Shown here: one piece after another, positions 26,985 through 37,726 of the stretch | Layout: the number at the start of each line of letters is the position of its first letter | Numbering within the stretch: the first letter of the stretch is position 1 | NCBI GenBank assembly: GCA_050944915.1 | Contig: JBMNRY010000003.1 | Coordinates: forward strand, 1 to 44,247 | DNA length: 44,247 bases | Direction: 5' to 3' | Source of the DNA: Limnochordia bacterium | Lineage (GTDB): Bacteria > Bacillota > Limnochordia > JAAZLZ01 | Made by a program: the position numbers and the translations under genes | The notes under the pieces: generated by a model | The model's database searches: none | Told to the model about the DNA's origin: nothing | Seen by the model: only the letters and a program-made list of their open reading frames with translations

Positions 26985-28802
26985 TTATTGCCCCTCTTCA
27001 TCTTTTACTTCCGTGTACTCTGCGTCGACCACATCGTCCTGGGGTGGACTCTGCTGAGCCCCGGAAGTCTCCTGTCCCTGGTACATCTTAGTCGACACCT
27101 GGTAAAGTTCCTTGCTCAACTCATCGATTTTGGCCTTCATATCGGCCACATCGTTATTTTCCATCGCCTTCTGCAAAGCTTCCTTAGCCTTTTCAACCCT
27201 GGCCTTGTCGAAATCGCTGATCTTATCTCCCGCATCCTTTAAAGTCTTATCCACATTGTAAATCAGGGCGTCGGCTTGGTTGCGGGTTTCCACCTCTTCT
27301 TGCCGCTTTTTATCTTGTTCAGCATGGGCCTCGGCTTCTTTGACCATCCGTTGGATATCTTCTTCCGATAGACCAGTATTAGAAGTGATGGTAATACTTT
27401 GTTCTTTGCCGGTACCCAAATCTTTGGCCGAAACATTAACGATGCCGTTCACATCGATATCGAAGCTCACTTCGATTTGGGGCACACCCCGGGGTGCCGG
27501 CGGAATACCGGTCAACTGGAAGCGCCCTAAAGTGACATTATCGGCAGCCATGGGCCGTTCGCCCTGGAGGACATGGATATCGACGGCCGTCTGCCCATCG
27601 GCAGCCGTGGTAAAGACCTGCTTTTTGCTGGTCGGAATGGTGGTATTCCGGTCGATCAGTCTGGTGAAGACACCGCCTAGGGTTTCGATCCCTAAAGATA
27701 AGGGTGTTACGTCGAGTAGGACGATATCCTTCACTTCTCCCGAGAGGACTCCCCCTTGAATGGCGGCACCGATGGCCACACACTCATCGGGGTTGATCCC
27801 CCGGTGGGGTTCTTTACCCAATTCTTTGCGGATGGCCTCTTGGACGGCGGGAATGCGGGTCGAACCGCCGACCAAAATAACCTTATGGATATCGCTGGGG
27901 GATAAACCCGCATCGGATAAGGCCCTGCGGGTAGGACCCATGGTGGCTTCCACCAGATCGGCCGTCAATTCATTGAATTTGGCCCGGGTAATATCCATAT
28001 CTAAATGCAGTGGCCCCGCGGGACCAGCGCTAATAAAGGGCAGATTGATATTGGTCGATTGGATGCCGGAAAGCTCAATTTTAGCCTTTTCCGCCGCTTC
28101 CTTTAACCGCTGCATGGCCATCCGATCCTGGCGTAGATCGATGCCGTGCTGCCGTTGAAACTCGTCCGCGATATGGTTCATCAGCCGTTCGTCGAAATCG
28201 TCACCACCGAGGCGGTTGTTACCACTGGTGGCTTTGACTTCGAAGACACCATCACCTAATTCCAAGATGGAAACGTCAAAGGTACCGCCCCCTAAGTCGA
28301 AGACCAGGATGGTTTGATCTTCTTCCTTTTCCAACCCGTAGGCCAGGGAAGCAGCCGTCGGTTCGTTGATGATCCGCAAGACATCTAATCCAGCGATCCG
28401 TCCGGCATCCTTAGTGGCCTGGCGTTGGGCATCGGTGAAATAGGCGGGTACCGTAATCACCGCTTTGGTAACCTGCTCCCCGAGGTAACTTTCCGCTGTT
28501 TCCTTGAGCTTTTGCAGGACCATCGCGGAAATCTCTTGGGGTGTATAAGTCTTATCCTCGATTTGTATCTTCCGATCGGTCCCCATATATCGTTTAATGG
28601 ACATCACCGTCCGGTCAGGATTAGTCACCGCTTGTCGCTTGGCTACCTCACCGACCAGAAGTTCTCCATTTTTCGTGAAGGCTACTACCGAAGGAATGGT
28701 GCGGTTACCTTCTGAGCTGGGAATGACTACCGGCTCTCCACCTTCGATAACGGCAACCACGGAATTGGTAGTCCCTAAGTCGATCCCAATGACTTTAGCC
28801 AT
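26985..28802 (-). CDS. dnaK: Chaperone DnaK (Hsp70)
   Basis: [25 protein letters not shown] and GGSTRIP motifs. Gram-positive-type length. Confidence 0.99.
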   Translation of the reverse strand: MAKVIGIDLGTTNSVVAVIEGGEPVVIPSSEGNRTIPSVVAFTKNGELLVGEVAKRQAVTNPDRTVMSIKRYMGTDRKIQIEDKTYTPQEISAMVLQKLKETAESYLGEQVTKAVITVPAYFTDAQRQATKDAGRIAGLDVLRIINEPTAASLAYGLEKEEDQTILVFDLGGGTFDVSILELGDGVFEVKATSGNNRLGGDDFDERLMNHIADEFQRQHGIDLRQDRMAMQRLKEAAEKAKIELSGIQSTNINLPFISAGPAGPLHLDMDITRAKFNELTADLVEATMGPTRRALSDAGLSPSDIHKVILVGGSTRIPAVQEAIRKELGKEPHRGINPDECVAIGAAIQGGVLSGEVKDIVLLDVTPLSLGIETLGGVFTRLIDRNTTIPTSKKQVFTTAADGQTAVDIHVLQGERPMAADNVTLGRFQLTGIPPAPRGVPQIEVSFDIDVNGIVNVSAKDLGTGKEQSITITSNTGLSEEDIQRMVKEAEAHAEQDKKRQEEVETRNQADALIYNVDKTLKDAGDKISDFDKARVEKAKEALQKAMENNDVADMKAKIDELSKELYQVSTKMYQGQETSGAQQSPPQDDVVDAEYTEVKDEEGQ

Positions 28803-29329
28803 TACTCTTCATCTCCTTCCCGTGCCTGTTCCCCTTGGGAACCAACTCTAACCATACTGGGTCTTAATAATCGTTCTTTAAATAAGTAACCCCGGCGAAA
28901 CTCCTCCAAGACCATTTCACCAGTTCCGTCGGTGCTCACCGCCTCATGGAGGTTGGGATCGAAGGGCTGGCCCACCGCGTCGATGGGCTGCAGACCCTTT
29001 TGCTCCAGGGTTTGCATTAACCGGCGATAGACCATCTGCACCCCGGTATGTAGTGCTTCATCGGTTGCCTCAGCCGCTAAAGCCCGTTCCAAATCATCGA
29101 TGATGGGCAGCAGATCGGCCATAATGGTCGCGGCTACAGTATCGCCTAAACTCTCCTTTTCTTGGCGAGTCCGCCGCCGGAAATTCTCAAAATCGGCCCG
29201 GAGACGCAGATAGTTCCCTTCCAACTCTTCGATTCTCTCCTGTAAATTCTGGGTTTCCGAGACTTCTTCCCCTTCTACCAGTTCATCCTCCACGGTGACT
29301 TCTTGTTTTTGTTCCTCCTCATGGGGCAA
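28802..29329 (-). CDS. grpE: Nucleotide exchange factor GrpE
   Basis: [31 protein letters not shown] and [12 protein letters not shown] motifs. Confidence 0.96.
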   Translation of the reverse strand: MPHEEEQKQEVTVEDELVEGEEVSETQNLQERIEELEGNYLRLRADFENFRRRTRQEKESLGDTVAATIMADLLPIIDDLERALAAEATDEALHTGVQMVYRRLMQTLEQKGLQPIDAVGQPFDPNLHEAVSTDGTGEMVLEEFRRGYLFKERLLRPSMVRVGSQGEQAREGDEE

Positions 29330-29358
29330 ACCAAATACCTCCTCCTGTTGAAGACAAA

Positions 29359-29397
29359 CAGAAATTCCCTGCGAGAGGACCCTCCCCGGGAATTCTG
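29359..29397 (-). other. Stem-loop in hrcA-grpE intergenic region (stabiliser or partial terminator)
   Basis: Minus strand CAGAATTCCC...GGGAATTTCTG followed by TTTGTCTT. Confidence 0.55.
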
Positions 29398-29421
29398 CTG
29401 AAACTTAGGGATGACTAAAAT

Positions 29422-30465
29422 CTATTTCCCCGACCAGCGTCGGGACATGTCGGTTAAGATTTCGCTGAGATGGGCCGCCATATAATCCACAACAGATACG
29501 GCCCGGGCGTATTCCATCCTCGTGGGACCGATGACACCGACAACACCGATCACCTGGCCGTGTAAAGTATAAGTGGCTGTGATCAATGAACAATCCTGCA
29601 TTTCTGTCCAGTTGTTTTCCTCTCCGATGCGGACCACAACACCGCTATCCCGGGATACTTCGCTACAGATATTTAGTAGCCGCTCCCTCTCTTCTAGGGC
29701 CTCTAACAAAAGTCTTGCCCGATCAACATCTTTGAATTCCGGCTGATCGAAGAGGTGGATAGCACCATCGAGATAAACCTTTTCCGTGCTGGTATTCTGT
29801 AAACCCTTTTGCAGTAATTCTATGGCTTCTTGGAAAAGACGACCATCGGCCAGTTCATCTTTGATTTCCGTCAAGGTCACCAAATCTAAATCATTGAGGG
29901 TTAGACCCTGCAATTTGCCGTTCAGAAAGGCTGACAGTCGGGACGCCTTTTCCGCCGATAAGGGTTGATTAACTTCCACCAATCGGGTTTGGACAAAGCC
30001 CGGTTCGGTGACTAAGATTACTAATACATATGCTTCCGAAAGGGGTAATAGCTGCAGATAGCGGACGACACTATTCTTAATCCCTGGGGCAACGGCGATG
30101 GATGTATAATTGGTGAGTAGGGCTAGGAGATGGGTCGTCCGGTAGATGATTTCTTCCAGTTCCACCCTTTGTTGCTGCAGTTCCTTGGCGATGCGCTTTT
30201 TCTCAGCGGGGGTGACCTCCAACGGATCCATTAGGGCATCGACATAAAACCGATATCCCTTATCGGAAGGAATCCGTCCGGCCGAAGTATGGGGTTGACG
30301 CAGATAGCCCCCTTCTTCTAAATCGGCCATCTCATTGCGAATGGTCGCTGGACTAACGCCCAAATCATATTTCCGGGCGATGGTCCGAGAACCCACAGGC
30401 TCCGCCGTAGAAATATAGTCCTTGGTGACAGCCCGCAGGATCTCCCTTTTCCTTTCATTCATCAT
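29422..30465 (-). CDS. hrcA: Heat-inducible transcription repressor HrcA
   Basis: AEPVGSRTI, SPATIRNEMADLE, QPHTSAGRIPSDKGYR and GPTRMEY motifs. Confidence 0.97.
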   Translation of the reverse strand: MMNERKREILRAVTKDYISTAEPVGSRTIARKYDLGVSPATIRNEMADLEEGGYLRQPHTSAGRIPSDKGYRFYVDALMDPLEVTPAEKKRIAKELQQQRVELEEIIYRTTHLLALLTNYTSIAVAPGIKNSVVRYLQLLPLSEAYVLVILVTEPGFVQTRLVEVNQPLSAEKASRLSAFLNGKLQGLTLNDLDLVTLTEIKDELADGRLFQEAIELLQKGLQNTSTEKVYLDGAIHLFDQPEFKDVDRARLLLEALEERERLLNICSEVSRDSGVVVRIGEENNWTEMQDCSLITATYTLHGQVIGVVGVIGPTRMEYARAVSVVDYMAAHLSEILTDMSRRWSGK

Positions 30466-30482
30466 TGCCCTCACCCCCCCTT

Positions 30483-30509
30483 TTAGCACTCCCAGGCAAA
30501 GAGTGCTAA
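30483..30509. promoter_or_regulatory. CIRCE operator (HrcA binding site)
   Basis: Perfect TTAGCACTC-N9-GAGTGCTAA directly upstream of hrcA. Confidence 0.98.
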
Positions 30510-30522
30510 ATGTGCTATCTTC

Positions 30523-30551
30523 AAGATACCACCTGACCCCCCTTTTGTCAA
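30523..30551 (-). promoter_or_regulatory. sigmaA promoter of hrcA-dnaK operon
   Basis: TTGACA-17 nt-TATCTT with extended TG, immediately upstream of CIRCE. Confidence 0.8.
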
Positions 30552-30554
30552 GAA

Positions 30555-31685
30555 CTAACCCCTAATGAAAGCGGCAAAAACCTGATTGGCAATAGGTAAG
30601 GCTTGCCTCGTCAAGCGAACATGGGTCGCTGTCTCTTCGATGAGACCTAAAGGAGATAGGGAGTCCAAAGGGAGGCGATAGAGCTCAGAAAAATCGACGC
30701 CAAAACGCTGCTTAAATCGATCTAAATCGATTCCTTCCAGAAGTCGCAAGCCCAAAAAGGCCGTATCATCCATTTCCTCATCCCGGCCTAAGAGATACTC
30801 CTCGGCCACGATGTTCCCTGTGGCTAACCCATCGATGTATTCCCGGGGATGGGCCAGGTTAGACCAGCGCCGTCTCTGATAAAAGGAATGGGCACCGGCA
30901 CCAAAACCAAGGTATGGACCGTTATGCCAATAGTTGAGATTGTGGCGACCCCGGCGGCCCTGGCGGGCGAAGTTCGCCAGCTCATAATGGTCCCAACCTT
31001 GGGCTTTGAGGAAATCCCCGGTGAGATAAATCATCGCCCGTTGAATTTCCTCATCGGGCAAGGCTACTAAGCCCTTCTGGACCCAGCGGGCCAAAGGTGT
31101 CCCCTCTTCCACCTGGAGGCTGTAACAGGAGAGGTGATCCAGATCATAACGACAGGCTTCTTTGAGGGTCCCCTCCCAATGGGCTAGATCCTGGCCGGGG
31201 AGATTATAAATCAAATCGATCCCTACGTTAGGCCAAGAGACTTCCTCTACCCAACGGAGGACTTCCGGGATCCGTTCTCGCCCATAGGTACGTCCTAACA
31301 TCTTTAAATAACGATCATCAAAGCTTTGGATCCCGAGGGTAAGGCGGTTAAAGCCGCCGGCCAACAAATCCCGGAGTACCCCCGGGTTTAGGGTGTCGGG
31401 ATTAGCTTCCACGCTTATTTCACAATCGGCAGCTAAAGAAAAACGCCGGGCACAAGCTTCCAAAACCTTATTTAACTCCCTAGGGGGAAAGACCGTCGGT
31501 GTGCCACCGCCGAAATAGATGCTGGTCACCCTCTGGTCTAGATGGATACCGTTGATTTCCAAAAGCAAAGCTTCCAGGTAACGAGCCTGGAAGCCTGAGG
31601 CCACCGGATAGGAATTAAAATCGCAGTAATGGCATTTGGCCAGACAGAATGGCCAATGGATATAGATCCCGAACTCAGTCTTCAT
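30555..31685 (-). CDS. hemW: Radical SAM heme chaperone HemW (HemN-like)
   Basis: [31 protein letters not shown] and HNLNYW motifs. Canonical lepA-hemW-hrcA position. Start ATG 31685. Confidence 0.92.
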   Translation of the reverse strand: MKTEFGIYIHWPFCLAKCHYCDFNSYPVASGFQARYLEALLLEINGIHLDQRVTSIYFGGGTPTVFPPRELNKVLEACARRFSLAADCEISVEANPDTLNPGVLRDLLAGGFNRLTLGIQSFDDRYLKMLGRTYGRERIPEVLRWVEEVSWPNVGIDLIYNLPGQDLAHWEGTLKEACRYDLDHLSCYSLQVEEGTPLARWVQKGLVALPDEEIQRAMIYLTGDFLKAQGWDHYELANFARQGRRGRHNLNYWHNGPYLGFGAGAHSFYQRRRWSNLAHPREYIDGLATGNIVAEEYLLGRDEEMDDTAFLGLRLLEGIDLDRFKQRFGVDFSELYRLPLDSLSPLGLIEETATHVRLTRQALPIANQVFAAFIRG

Positions 31686-33477
31686 CGGCCCGCAGCACAG
31701 CCAGGAAGGCTTCTTGGGGCACTTCCACATTCCCCAACTGTTTCATCCGCTTTTTACCTTCCTTCTGCTTCTCCAATAGTTTACGTTTTCTGGTGACATC
31801 CCCACCGTAACATTTGGCCAAGACATCCTTCCTCAAGGCCCGGACCGTCTCCCGGGCGATGATCTTATTGCCCAGGGCGGCCTGGATGGGCACCTCGAAC
31901 ATCTGGCGGGGAATGACGGCCTTCAATTTGGTCGCCAATTGACGTCCCAACTTTTCCGCCCGGGTCCGGTGGGCGATATGGGACAGGGCATCAACGGCCT
32001 TGCCGTTTAAGAGGATATCTAATTTGACCATATCGGAAGGCCGGTAGCCGATCATTTTGTAATCTAAGGAAGCATAACCTTTGGTTCGGCTCTTTAGACG
32101 ATCGAAGAAGTCCATTAATATTTCACCAAGGGGCAGCTGGTAGCGTAAAACCACCCTTTGGGGTGTCGCGTATTCCATATCGGCAAATTCTCCCCGCCGC
32201 TCTTGGCAAAGTTCCATCACCGGACCGACAAAATCATGGGGAACGATGATGGTCGCTTCCACAAAGGGTTCTTCCACCGTAGCGATGACGTTAGGGACGG
32301 GGAAATCCGCCGGGTTTTCGACATCAATCTCTTCGCCATCGGTCTTAGTCACTTTATAAACAACGCTGGGGGCCGTAGCGATCAAATCCAGCCCAAACTG
32401 GCGTTCCAATCGTTCCTGGACGATCTCCATATGGAGCAATCCTAGAAATCCGCAGCGGAAACCGAACCCTAAGGCCACCGATGTCTCCGGTTCAAATTGG
32501 AGGGCCGCATCATTTAACTGCAGCTTTTGCAGAGCCTCCCGCAGTTCTTCGAAGTTCTCGTTTTCCACAGGATACAACCCACAATAAACCATAGGTTTGG
32601 CAGGCTGATAACCGGGCAACGGTTCCTCGGCGGGGTTTTGGGCAGAGGTGATGGTATCTCCCACCCTGGTATCCCGCACTTCCTTCATGCTGGCATACAA
32701 GCAGCCGACTTCTCCCGCCTGCAGCTTCTCCTGTCTGACTAGATGGGGCCGGAAGACTCCTAATTCCGTTACTTCGAACTCCCGCCTTGAAGACATCATC
32801 CGGATCTTTTCCCCGACGGAGACTTGTCCCTCCACAATCCGGATATAAGCAGCAGCACCCCGGTAAGGATCGTAATGGGAATCAAATATTAAAGCCCGCA
32901 GCGGTGCTTCTACATCCCCCTGGGGTGGCGGGATCCGTTGGACAACCGCTTCTAAGATTTCCCCAACCCCTTCCCCCGTCTTGGCGCTGGCCAAAATGAC
33001 TTCATCGGCGCTAAAGCCAATGGTTTCCTCTAGCTCCTGGAGGACCATCTGGGGATCGGCGTTAGGTAGATCCACCTTGTTAATCACCGGGATGATCTCT
33101 AAACCGGCATCGAGAGCCATATATAAGTTAGCCAGGGTTTGGGCCTGAATCCCTTGGGTGGCATCGATGACCAACAAAGCCCCTTCACAGGCATTGAGGC
33201 TGCGGGAGACTTCGTAGGCGAAGTCCACGTGTCCAGGGGTATCAATAAGATTGAGGAGGTAATCTTGGCCGTCTTGGGCCTTGTACTCCATGCGAACGGC
33301 CTGGAGCTTAATGGTGATACCCCGCTCCCGCTCCAGATCCATTTGGTCCAATAGTTGATCGACCATTTCCCGATCACTGACCGTCTCGGTGTGTTGCAAC
33401 AGTCGATCGGCCAAGGTAGATTTACCGTGATCGATATGGGCGATGATGCAGAAATTGCGAATTCTATCTTGACGCAA
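31675..33477 (-). CDS. lepA: Elongation factor 4 (LepA)
   Basis: [31 protein letters not shown] and [18 protein letters not shown] motifs. Confidence 0.99.
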   Translation of the reverse strand: MRQDRIRNFCIIAHIDHGKSTLADRLLQHTETVSDREMVDQLLDQMDLERERGITIKLQAVRMEYKAQDGQDYLLNLIDTPGHVDFAYEVSRSLNACEGALLVIDATQGIQAQTLANLYMALDAGLEIIPVINKVDLPNADPQMVLQELEETIGFSADEVILASAKTGEGVGEILEAVVQRIPPPQGDVEAPLRALIFDSHYDPYRGAAAYIRIVEGQVSVGEKIRMMSSRREFEVTELGVFRPHLVRQEKLQAGEVGCLYASMKEVRDTRVGDTITSAQNPAEEPLPGYQPAKPMVYCGLYPVENENFEELREALQKLQLNDAALQFEPETSVALGFGFRCGFLGLLHMEIVQERLERQFGLDLIATAPSVVYKVTKTDGEEIDVENPADFPVPNVIATVEEPFVEATIIVPHDFVGPVMELCQERRGEFADMEYATPQRVVLRYQLPLGEILMDFFDRLKSRTKGYASLDYKMIGYRPSDMVKLDILLNGKAVDALSHIAHRTRAEKLGRQLATKLKAVIPRQMFEVPIQAALGNKIIARETVRALRKDVLAKCYGGDVTRKRKLLEKQKEGKKRMKQLGNVEVPQEAFLAVLRADED

Positions 33478-33511
33478 AAGGTACTCCCTCTCTTAATAGT
33501 TTCTCGTCGCT

Positions 33512-33540
33512 ATTATACTATATTTGCCGTCGGTGGCAAA
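33512..33540 (-). promoter_or_regulatory. Probable sigmaA promoter of lepA
   Basis: TTGCCA-16 nt-TATAAT on the minus strand. The -35 overlaps a TTTGCC-N6-GGCAAA palindrome. Confidence 0.6.
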
Positions 33541-33546
33541 GCGGGC

Positions 33547-34023
33547 CTAGTCTTCCCGGTTATGCTGGAACAGCCAACAGCGCAAATGGGGCAGCTCTTC
33601 GCCATCGGGATAGCGGGGTTGTTGTTGAATCTCCTCCAACTCCTTTAGCCGCTGCGGGTTGGAGCTGAAATACTCCACCAGATTCCTGATCAGGCTCATA
33701 GTATGGGGTGTAATGTAATGCTCGATCCCTTCCACTTGATCATCGACACCACCGGGAGCCTTCAATAGATTCAAAAAATCGGCCAACATCTGGTCCCGCC
33801 AAACGAGGAACCGGCCGATCTTGCGTCCCCGCTCATTTAAGGCTATGTTACGGTATTTCACATAAGACAAAAATCCCGCTTCATCTAGTTTTTGGATCAT
33901 CCGCGTCACCGAGGAGGAATTAACATGCAAGGCTTCGGCCAAGTCGATAACTTTCACGTAGCCCTTTTCCTGCTCCAAGCGGTAGACCATCTCTAAGTAG
34001 TCCTCCATGCTTTCCGTTAACAA
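33547..34023 (-). CDS. MntR/DtxR-family metal-dependent transcriptional regulator
   Basis: SMEDYLE, wHTH (LAEALHVNSSSVTRMIQKL), YVKYR and VEGIEH motifs closely follow B. subtilis MntR. Start TTG 34023 after GGAGG. Confidence 0.88.
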   Translation of the reverse strand: MLTESMEDYLEMVYRLEQEKGYVKVIDLAEALHVNSSSVTRMIQKLDEAGFLSYVKYRNIALNERGRKIGRFLVWRDQMLADFLNLLKAPGGVDDQVEGIEHYITPHTMSLIRNLVEYFSSNPQRLKELEEIQQQPRYPDGEELPHLRCWLFQHNRED

Positions 34024-34096
34024 AACCAACCCCCCCTCCAAGGTTCACTACCCAGTCTATGCTAATCCTGGGGTATGTGAGCCATCCACCAGGGGG

Positions 34097-35650
34097 CTAT
34101 CCCCTCTGCAGGCGCCCTTTGACCCGGTTGCCCACGTATTCTAATTCCTCCATGCGCAGCAAGAAGATCAGAACAGCGTACAAAAGGACCCCAACGGCGA
34201 TCCCCCCACCGACTTGAATGAGGCGACCAGCCGTCCTTTGCAAATCGACCACCAGGCCGATGTACTCTCCCGCGTAATAGGCTCCAAATCCCATGACCGC
34301 CGCCGCCAGGGCCGACTTGGCCATCGTCTTGAGGATTAACGGTCCGCCAATGCCCCCTAATTTGTTCCGGAGTAGATACAAGGAAGCGGCCAGATTGATG
34401 ATGCTGGTCAGGGAGAAGGCTAGGGCTAACCCACCGTGGCCCAGACCGGTGAATTGCAAAAAGAAGATGCTTAATAGGGTGTTAAATAGGATGTTTAGCA
34501 GACCGATTTTAACCGGTGTCCGGGCATCCTGAAGGGAGTAAAAGGCTTTGGTGGTCAGTTGAATGCCCCCTTGGGCAAAGAGACCGAAGGAGTAAAACAA
34601 AAGGGCGAAGGCCGTGGCCTGGGTATCCTGGGCGGTGAACTGGCCCGATTGGAATAAGAGGCGCACGATAGGTACCCGCAAGGCCAACAACCCTACCCCT
34701 GAAGGGATGGTGATCATAAATACAGTCCTGATAGCCAAGGAGAAATTACTTTTGAATTCATCCCACCGCTCCGTCGCGGCCAAGCGGGTCAAGGAGGGAA
34801 ACAAAGCCGTGGAAATGCCCATGGCAAACACACCCAAGGGAAACTGCATCAAGCGGTTGGCCAAGCGCAAGGCGGTGATCCCCCCCGTTAAGCCCGAGGC
34901 CAGATTTTGACTGATGATCAAATTGATCTGGCCGATGGATAGCCCTACTAAAGCCGGCAGCATCAAAGAAAGCATGCGCCGAATCCCTTCATGGTGGATA
35001 TCGATGATGGGCCGGTAGCCGCCGTTTCGTCCCCAGGCAGCCGGCAGCTGGAGGACGAAATTACCTACTGCACCGATGACGACCCCCACGGCCATCCCGG
35101 TAATCCCCAGCCGGGGGCCTAAGAGGTAGGCGGAGCCAATGATGGCCACATTATAGACGATGGGGCCTAGAGCTGGGGTGAGAAAGTATTGATAGGACTG
35201 GAGGATACCGATGGTCAAACCGGCCAAAGCGGTGAATAAGACGGCGGGAAACATAACCCGCATGAGAAAGACCAACAATTCCAGCTGTTCCCCTGAAAAT
35301 TGATAAGCCACTAAGGGGGCTAGCCCCGGAGCAAAAATCATCCCTAAGAGGGTAAAGGAAATCAGTAAGATGACGGTGACATTGATAAAAGTTGAAGCTA
35401 CATACCAACCTTCCCCTTCCCTGTCTTGGGCTAAATAGCTGGTGAAAACAGGGATGAAGGCCGCCCCGAGGGCACCGCCGACTAATATGTAATACATGAG
35501 ATCGGGGATGGCAAAGGCGGCAAAAAAAGCATCGGTTTCGCCGGTGCGGCCGAAAACTTCCGCGATGGCCCGCTCCCGCACAAAACCGAGGACTCGACTC
35601 ACGAAGATACCAGTCATCATGATCCCGGCGTTTCGGGCTACCTGCCCCAT
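34097..35650 (-). CDS. murJ: Lipid II flippase MurJ (MviN)
   Basis: SRVLGFVRE, DAFFAAF.IPD, GALGAAFIPVF, RLMQFPLG and AFYSLQDARTP motifs. Start ATG 35650 after GGAGG. Confidence 0.95.
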   Translation of the reverse strand: MGQVARNAGIMMTGIFVSRVLGFVRERAIAEVFGRTGETDAFFAAFAIPDLMYYILVGGALGAAFIPVFTSYLAQDREGEGWYVASTFINVTVILLISFTLLGMIFAPGLAPLVAYQFSGEQLELLVFLMRVMFPAVLFTALAGLTIGILQSYQYFLTPALGPIVYNVAIIGSAYLLGPRLGITGMAVGVVIGAVGNFVLQLPAAWGRNGGYRPIIDIHHEGIRRMLSLMLPALVGLSIGQINLIISQNLASGLTGGITALRLANRLMQFPLGVFAMGISTALFPSLTRLAATERWDEFKSNFSLAIRTVFMITIPSGVGLLALRVPIVRLLFQSGQFTAQDTQATAFALLFYSFGLFAQGGIQLTTKAFYSLQDARTPVKIGLLNILFNTLLSIFFLQFTGLGHGGLALAFSLTSIINLAASLYLLRNKLGGIGGPLILKTMAKSALAAAVMGFGAYYAGEYIGLVVDLQRTAGRLIQVGGGIAVGVLLYAVLIFLLRMEELEYVGNRVKGRLQRG

Positions 35651-35735
35651 ACAACTTCCTCCATTCTCACAAAAAGGACAGGCTACCACCGGTCAGGCAG
35701 CCCCTTGGTTTTCCAAAACAGTCCTACTCCGAGTT

Positions 35736-35765
35736 AAATTCGATTTTGGACCGGTGAAAACCTGC
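35736..35765 (-). promoter_or_regulatory. SigH-like promoter upstream of murJ
   Basis: GCAGGT-18 nt-GAATTT. Confidence 0.4.
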
Positions 35766-35766
35766 T

Positions 35767-36738
35767 TTAGATCTTGTAAGAGGGAATGGGATGGAGCCAA
35801 CCTTTCGCTTTGCCGAATTTAATGAAATCCTCGTAAAAACCGATCTCTTTAATGATCATATCCCGAAAGGTTTGGCGAATCCGGTCATTAAAGATCACCT
35901 GTTTAATGGCCTCGGAATGGAGCAGAGTGGCCCCCTGTAGACCGATCAGAATATCTCGATACATAAAATCATCACAGAAGAAATCACTCGAATTCGAGGC
36001 GGCGATGACTTCCGCCGGCCTTTTGGGCAGAGGAATACCGAAATTAATGCATTCCCGCTCGAGCTTCTCGATTTGTTCTTCAACGACCTTCATACCGTGA
36101 CTGAGAATAGCCCGAAAATCTAAATCATGGGTTAAGGCCCGATAATACTTGGTTTTGCGCAGACTGTCGTAGCGGAATGTCGTATGATCCCACAAATGGG
36201 CGGCGGTGGCGCAATCGATCCGCTCGTGGTTCTCCGGCGGCGTGTTGGGGTAGATGGGCACATTTTCCAACCATCCTTTGACCTTCAAATATTTGGTCAG
36301 GGATTCTAAGTCGGTGAGGGTTTTGATCATGAGTTTCATCATGACATGGCGCACTTCATCGTTGGTCACCGACGTACGGACGGTCCGCAGGAGGTTGTCC
36401 ACATGTTCTTGCATGTAGATAAATAGGTCGCCGGCGATGGTTTCATCCCTCAAAGCTTCGGTGTTGCCAGCCCAATTGGAAGCCAATCGCCCCTGATCGG
36501 GACCGCTTATTTGATATTTTTCCATGAGTCTTTCTAGAACCCGCTTGTTGTCATCGAGCTCCTTCACATAACCCCTGATCAATAACTGCAGGTCAGGATC
36601 GTGGACAAAGACTAACCACGAGCGGGAAAGTTCTAGAATATTGTATTTTGACTTGAGGATCTCCCACAGATTGAAGGTTTCTCGGACATCAACCAGTCCT
36701 TGTCGGGTTTCAGGCTTCTTAAAGAATGTAAAGACCAC
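35767..36738 (-). CDS. DUF3231-like tandem ferritin-like domain protein (spore-associated)
   Basis: Two internal repeats (E..NLW..HDPDL..KVKGWL..P.Y / A.HLW..HDLDF..KAKGWL..P.Y) typical of DUF3231/Coat F-like helical bundles. Confidence 0.75.
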   Translation of the reverse strand: MVFTFFKKPETRQGLVDVRETFNLWEILKSKYNILELSRSWLVFVHDPDLQLLIRGYVKELDDNKRVLERLMEKYQISGPDQGRLASNWAGNTEALRDETIAGDLFIYMQEHVDNLLRTVRTSVTNDEVRHVMMKLMIKTLTDLESLTKYLKVKGWLENVPIYPNTPPENHERIDCATAAHLWDHTTFRYDSLRKTKYYRALTHDLDFRAILSHGMKVVEEQIEKLERECINFGIPLPKRPAEVIAASNSSDFFCDDFMYRDILIGLQGATLLHSEAIKQVIFNDRIRQTFRDMIIKEIGFYEDFIKFGKAKGWLHPIPSYKI

Positions 36739-36856
36739 GGCTACACCTCCCGCCCATAGTCTGCCCAGAATAGTCCAGGCTCATCATACCTTTTACGGCG
36801 AAGAATTTCCCCGGGGAACATCAGGCATGTTATAACCAAGGTCTATTTCCAGTCGA

Positions 36857-36885
36857 GGAGGATATTCCCCCCTCCCTGCTGAAAT
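36857..36885 (+). promoter_or_regulatory. SigH-like promoter upstream of HAD gene
   Basis: GGAGGA-18 nt-GAAAT. Confidence 0.35.
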
Positions 36886-36926
36886 AGGCTGGGGTAGACA
36901 AGTGCAAGAATTGGAGGCATGTGCAG

Positions 36927-37661
36927 ATGGTAGAACGATTTCCCAGCATTATCTGTGATGTTGACGGCTGCCTCGTCCCACCGAGGAAAGAGCCGTGGGA
37001 TTTCCAAGGATTAGCCCGTTTAGCCGATAAAATCGCGGAAAAACGTTTTTCCTTCACTTTGTGTTCCGGCCGGCCGGCTACCTTCCTAGAGGCCCTAGCC
37101 CGCCAGCTGATCCTGGAGCAGCATTGTATCTGTGAAAACGGAGCCCTTTTGTTCCATCCCCTAACGAAACAAGCCTTGATTCATCCCAACATCCCGAAAG
37201 AGTACTTAGCGGAACAGGGCAATATTAGGGCCATCTTGCAGGAGCTAATCGCCGGCACACCCATGGTCATCGAATTGGGTAAAGATATCATGTTCAGCGT
37301 TAATTCCAGCGATAAGAGCATCTTGGATGAGCTCTGTGAGCAAGTCCAAGAAAAGCTGGCCGGCGCTCCCGTGGTCGTCGTCAACTCCAGCCGTTCTGTA
37401 GAAGTGATCCCTAAAGGGGTAAACAAAGCGGCGGGATTAGAGTTCTGGGCCGAGGTGGAAGGGATCGACATCGCCAACACCCTCTCCATCGGCGATGCCG
37501 ATAATGACCTGGAGATCCTGCGGGCCGCCGGGCGGGCAGCAGCACCGGGCAACTGTACCGATAACGTCCGCCAAACCGTCGACTACGTCGCCCAAGAACC
37601 CATGGTGCAAGGGGTCTTAGAAATCTGCGATAAAGCCCAGGAACTGGTATTTGGGAACTAA
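36927..37661 (+). CDS. HAD-superfamily hydrolase, subfamily IIB (Cof/SPP-like)
   Basis: CDVDGCL, CSGR, ICENGA, GVNKAAG and IGDADND motifs. Start ATG 36927 (or GTG 36921). Confidence 0.9.
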   Translation: MVERFPSIICDVDGCLVPPRKEPWDFQGLARLADKIAEKRFSFTLCSGRPATFLEALARQLILEQHCICENGALLFHPLTKQALIHPNIPKEYLAEQGNIRAILQELIAGTPMVIELGKDIMFSVNSSDKSILDELCEQVQEKLAGAPVVVVNSSRSVEVIPKGVNKAAGLEFWAEVEGIDIANTLSIGDADNDLEILRAAGRAAAPGNCTDNVRQTVDYVAQEPMVQGVLEICDKAQELVFGN

Positions 37662-37691
37662 ATAGCGATTCCTTAAGCTCAATTAAGGATC

Positions 37692-37725
37692 AGAATTCCC
37701 CTGGTTCAAACCAGGGGAATTTTTC
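37692..37725. terminator. Terminator hairpin between convergent HAD and spoIIP genes
   Basis: AATTCCCCTGGTT-CA-AACCAGGGGAATT inverted repeat followed by TTT on the + strand. Probably bidirectional. Confidence 0.85.
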
Positions 37726-37726
37726 A

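Noticed and set aside
25802-28851. Long antisense ORFs opposite dnaJ and dnaK (e.g. 25802-26344, 27280-27759, 27760-28158)
   Set aside because: Typical shadow ORFs produced by codon bias of conserved genes. They have no RBS or recognisable domains.
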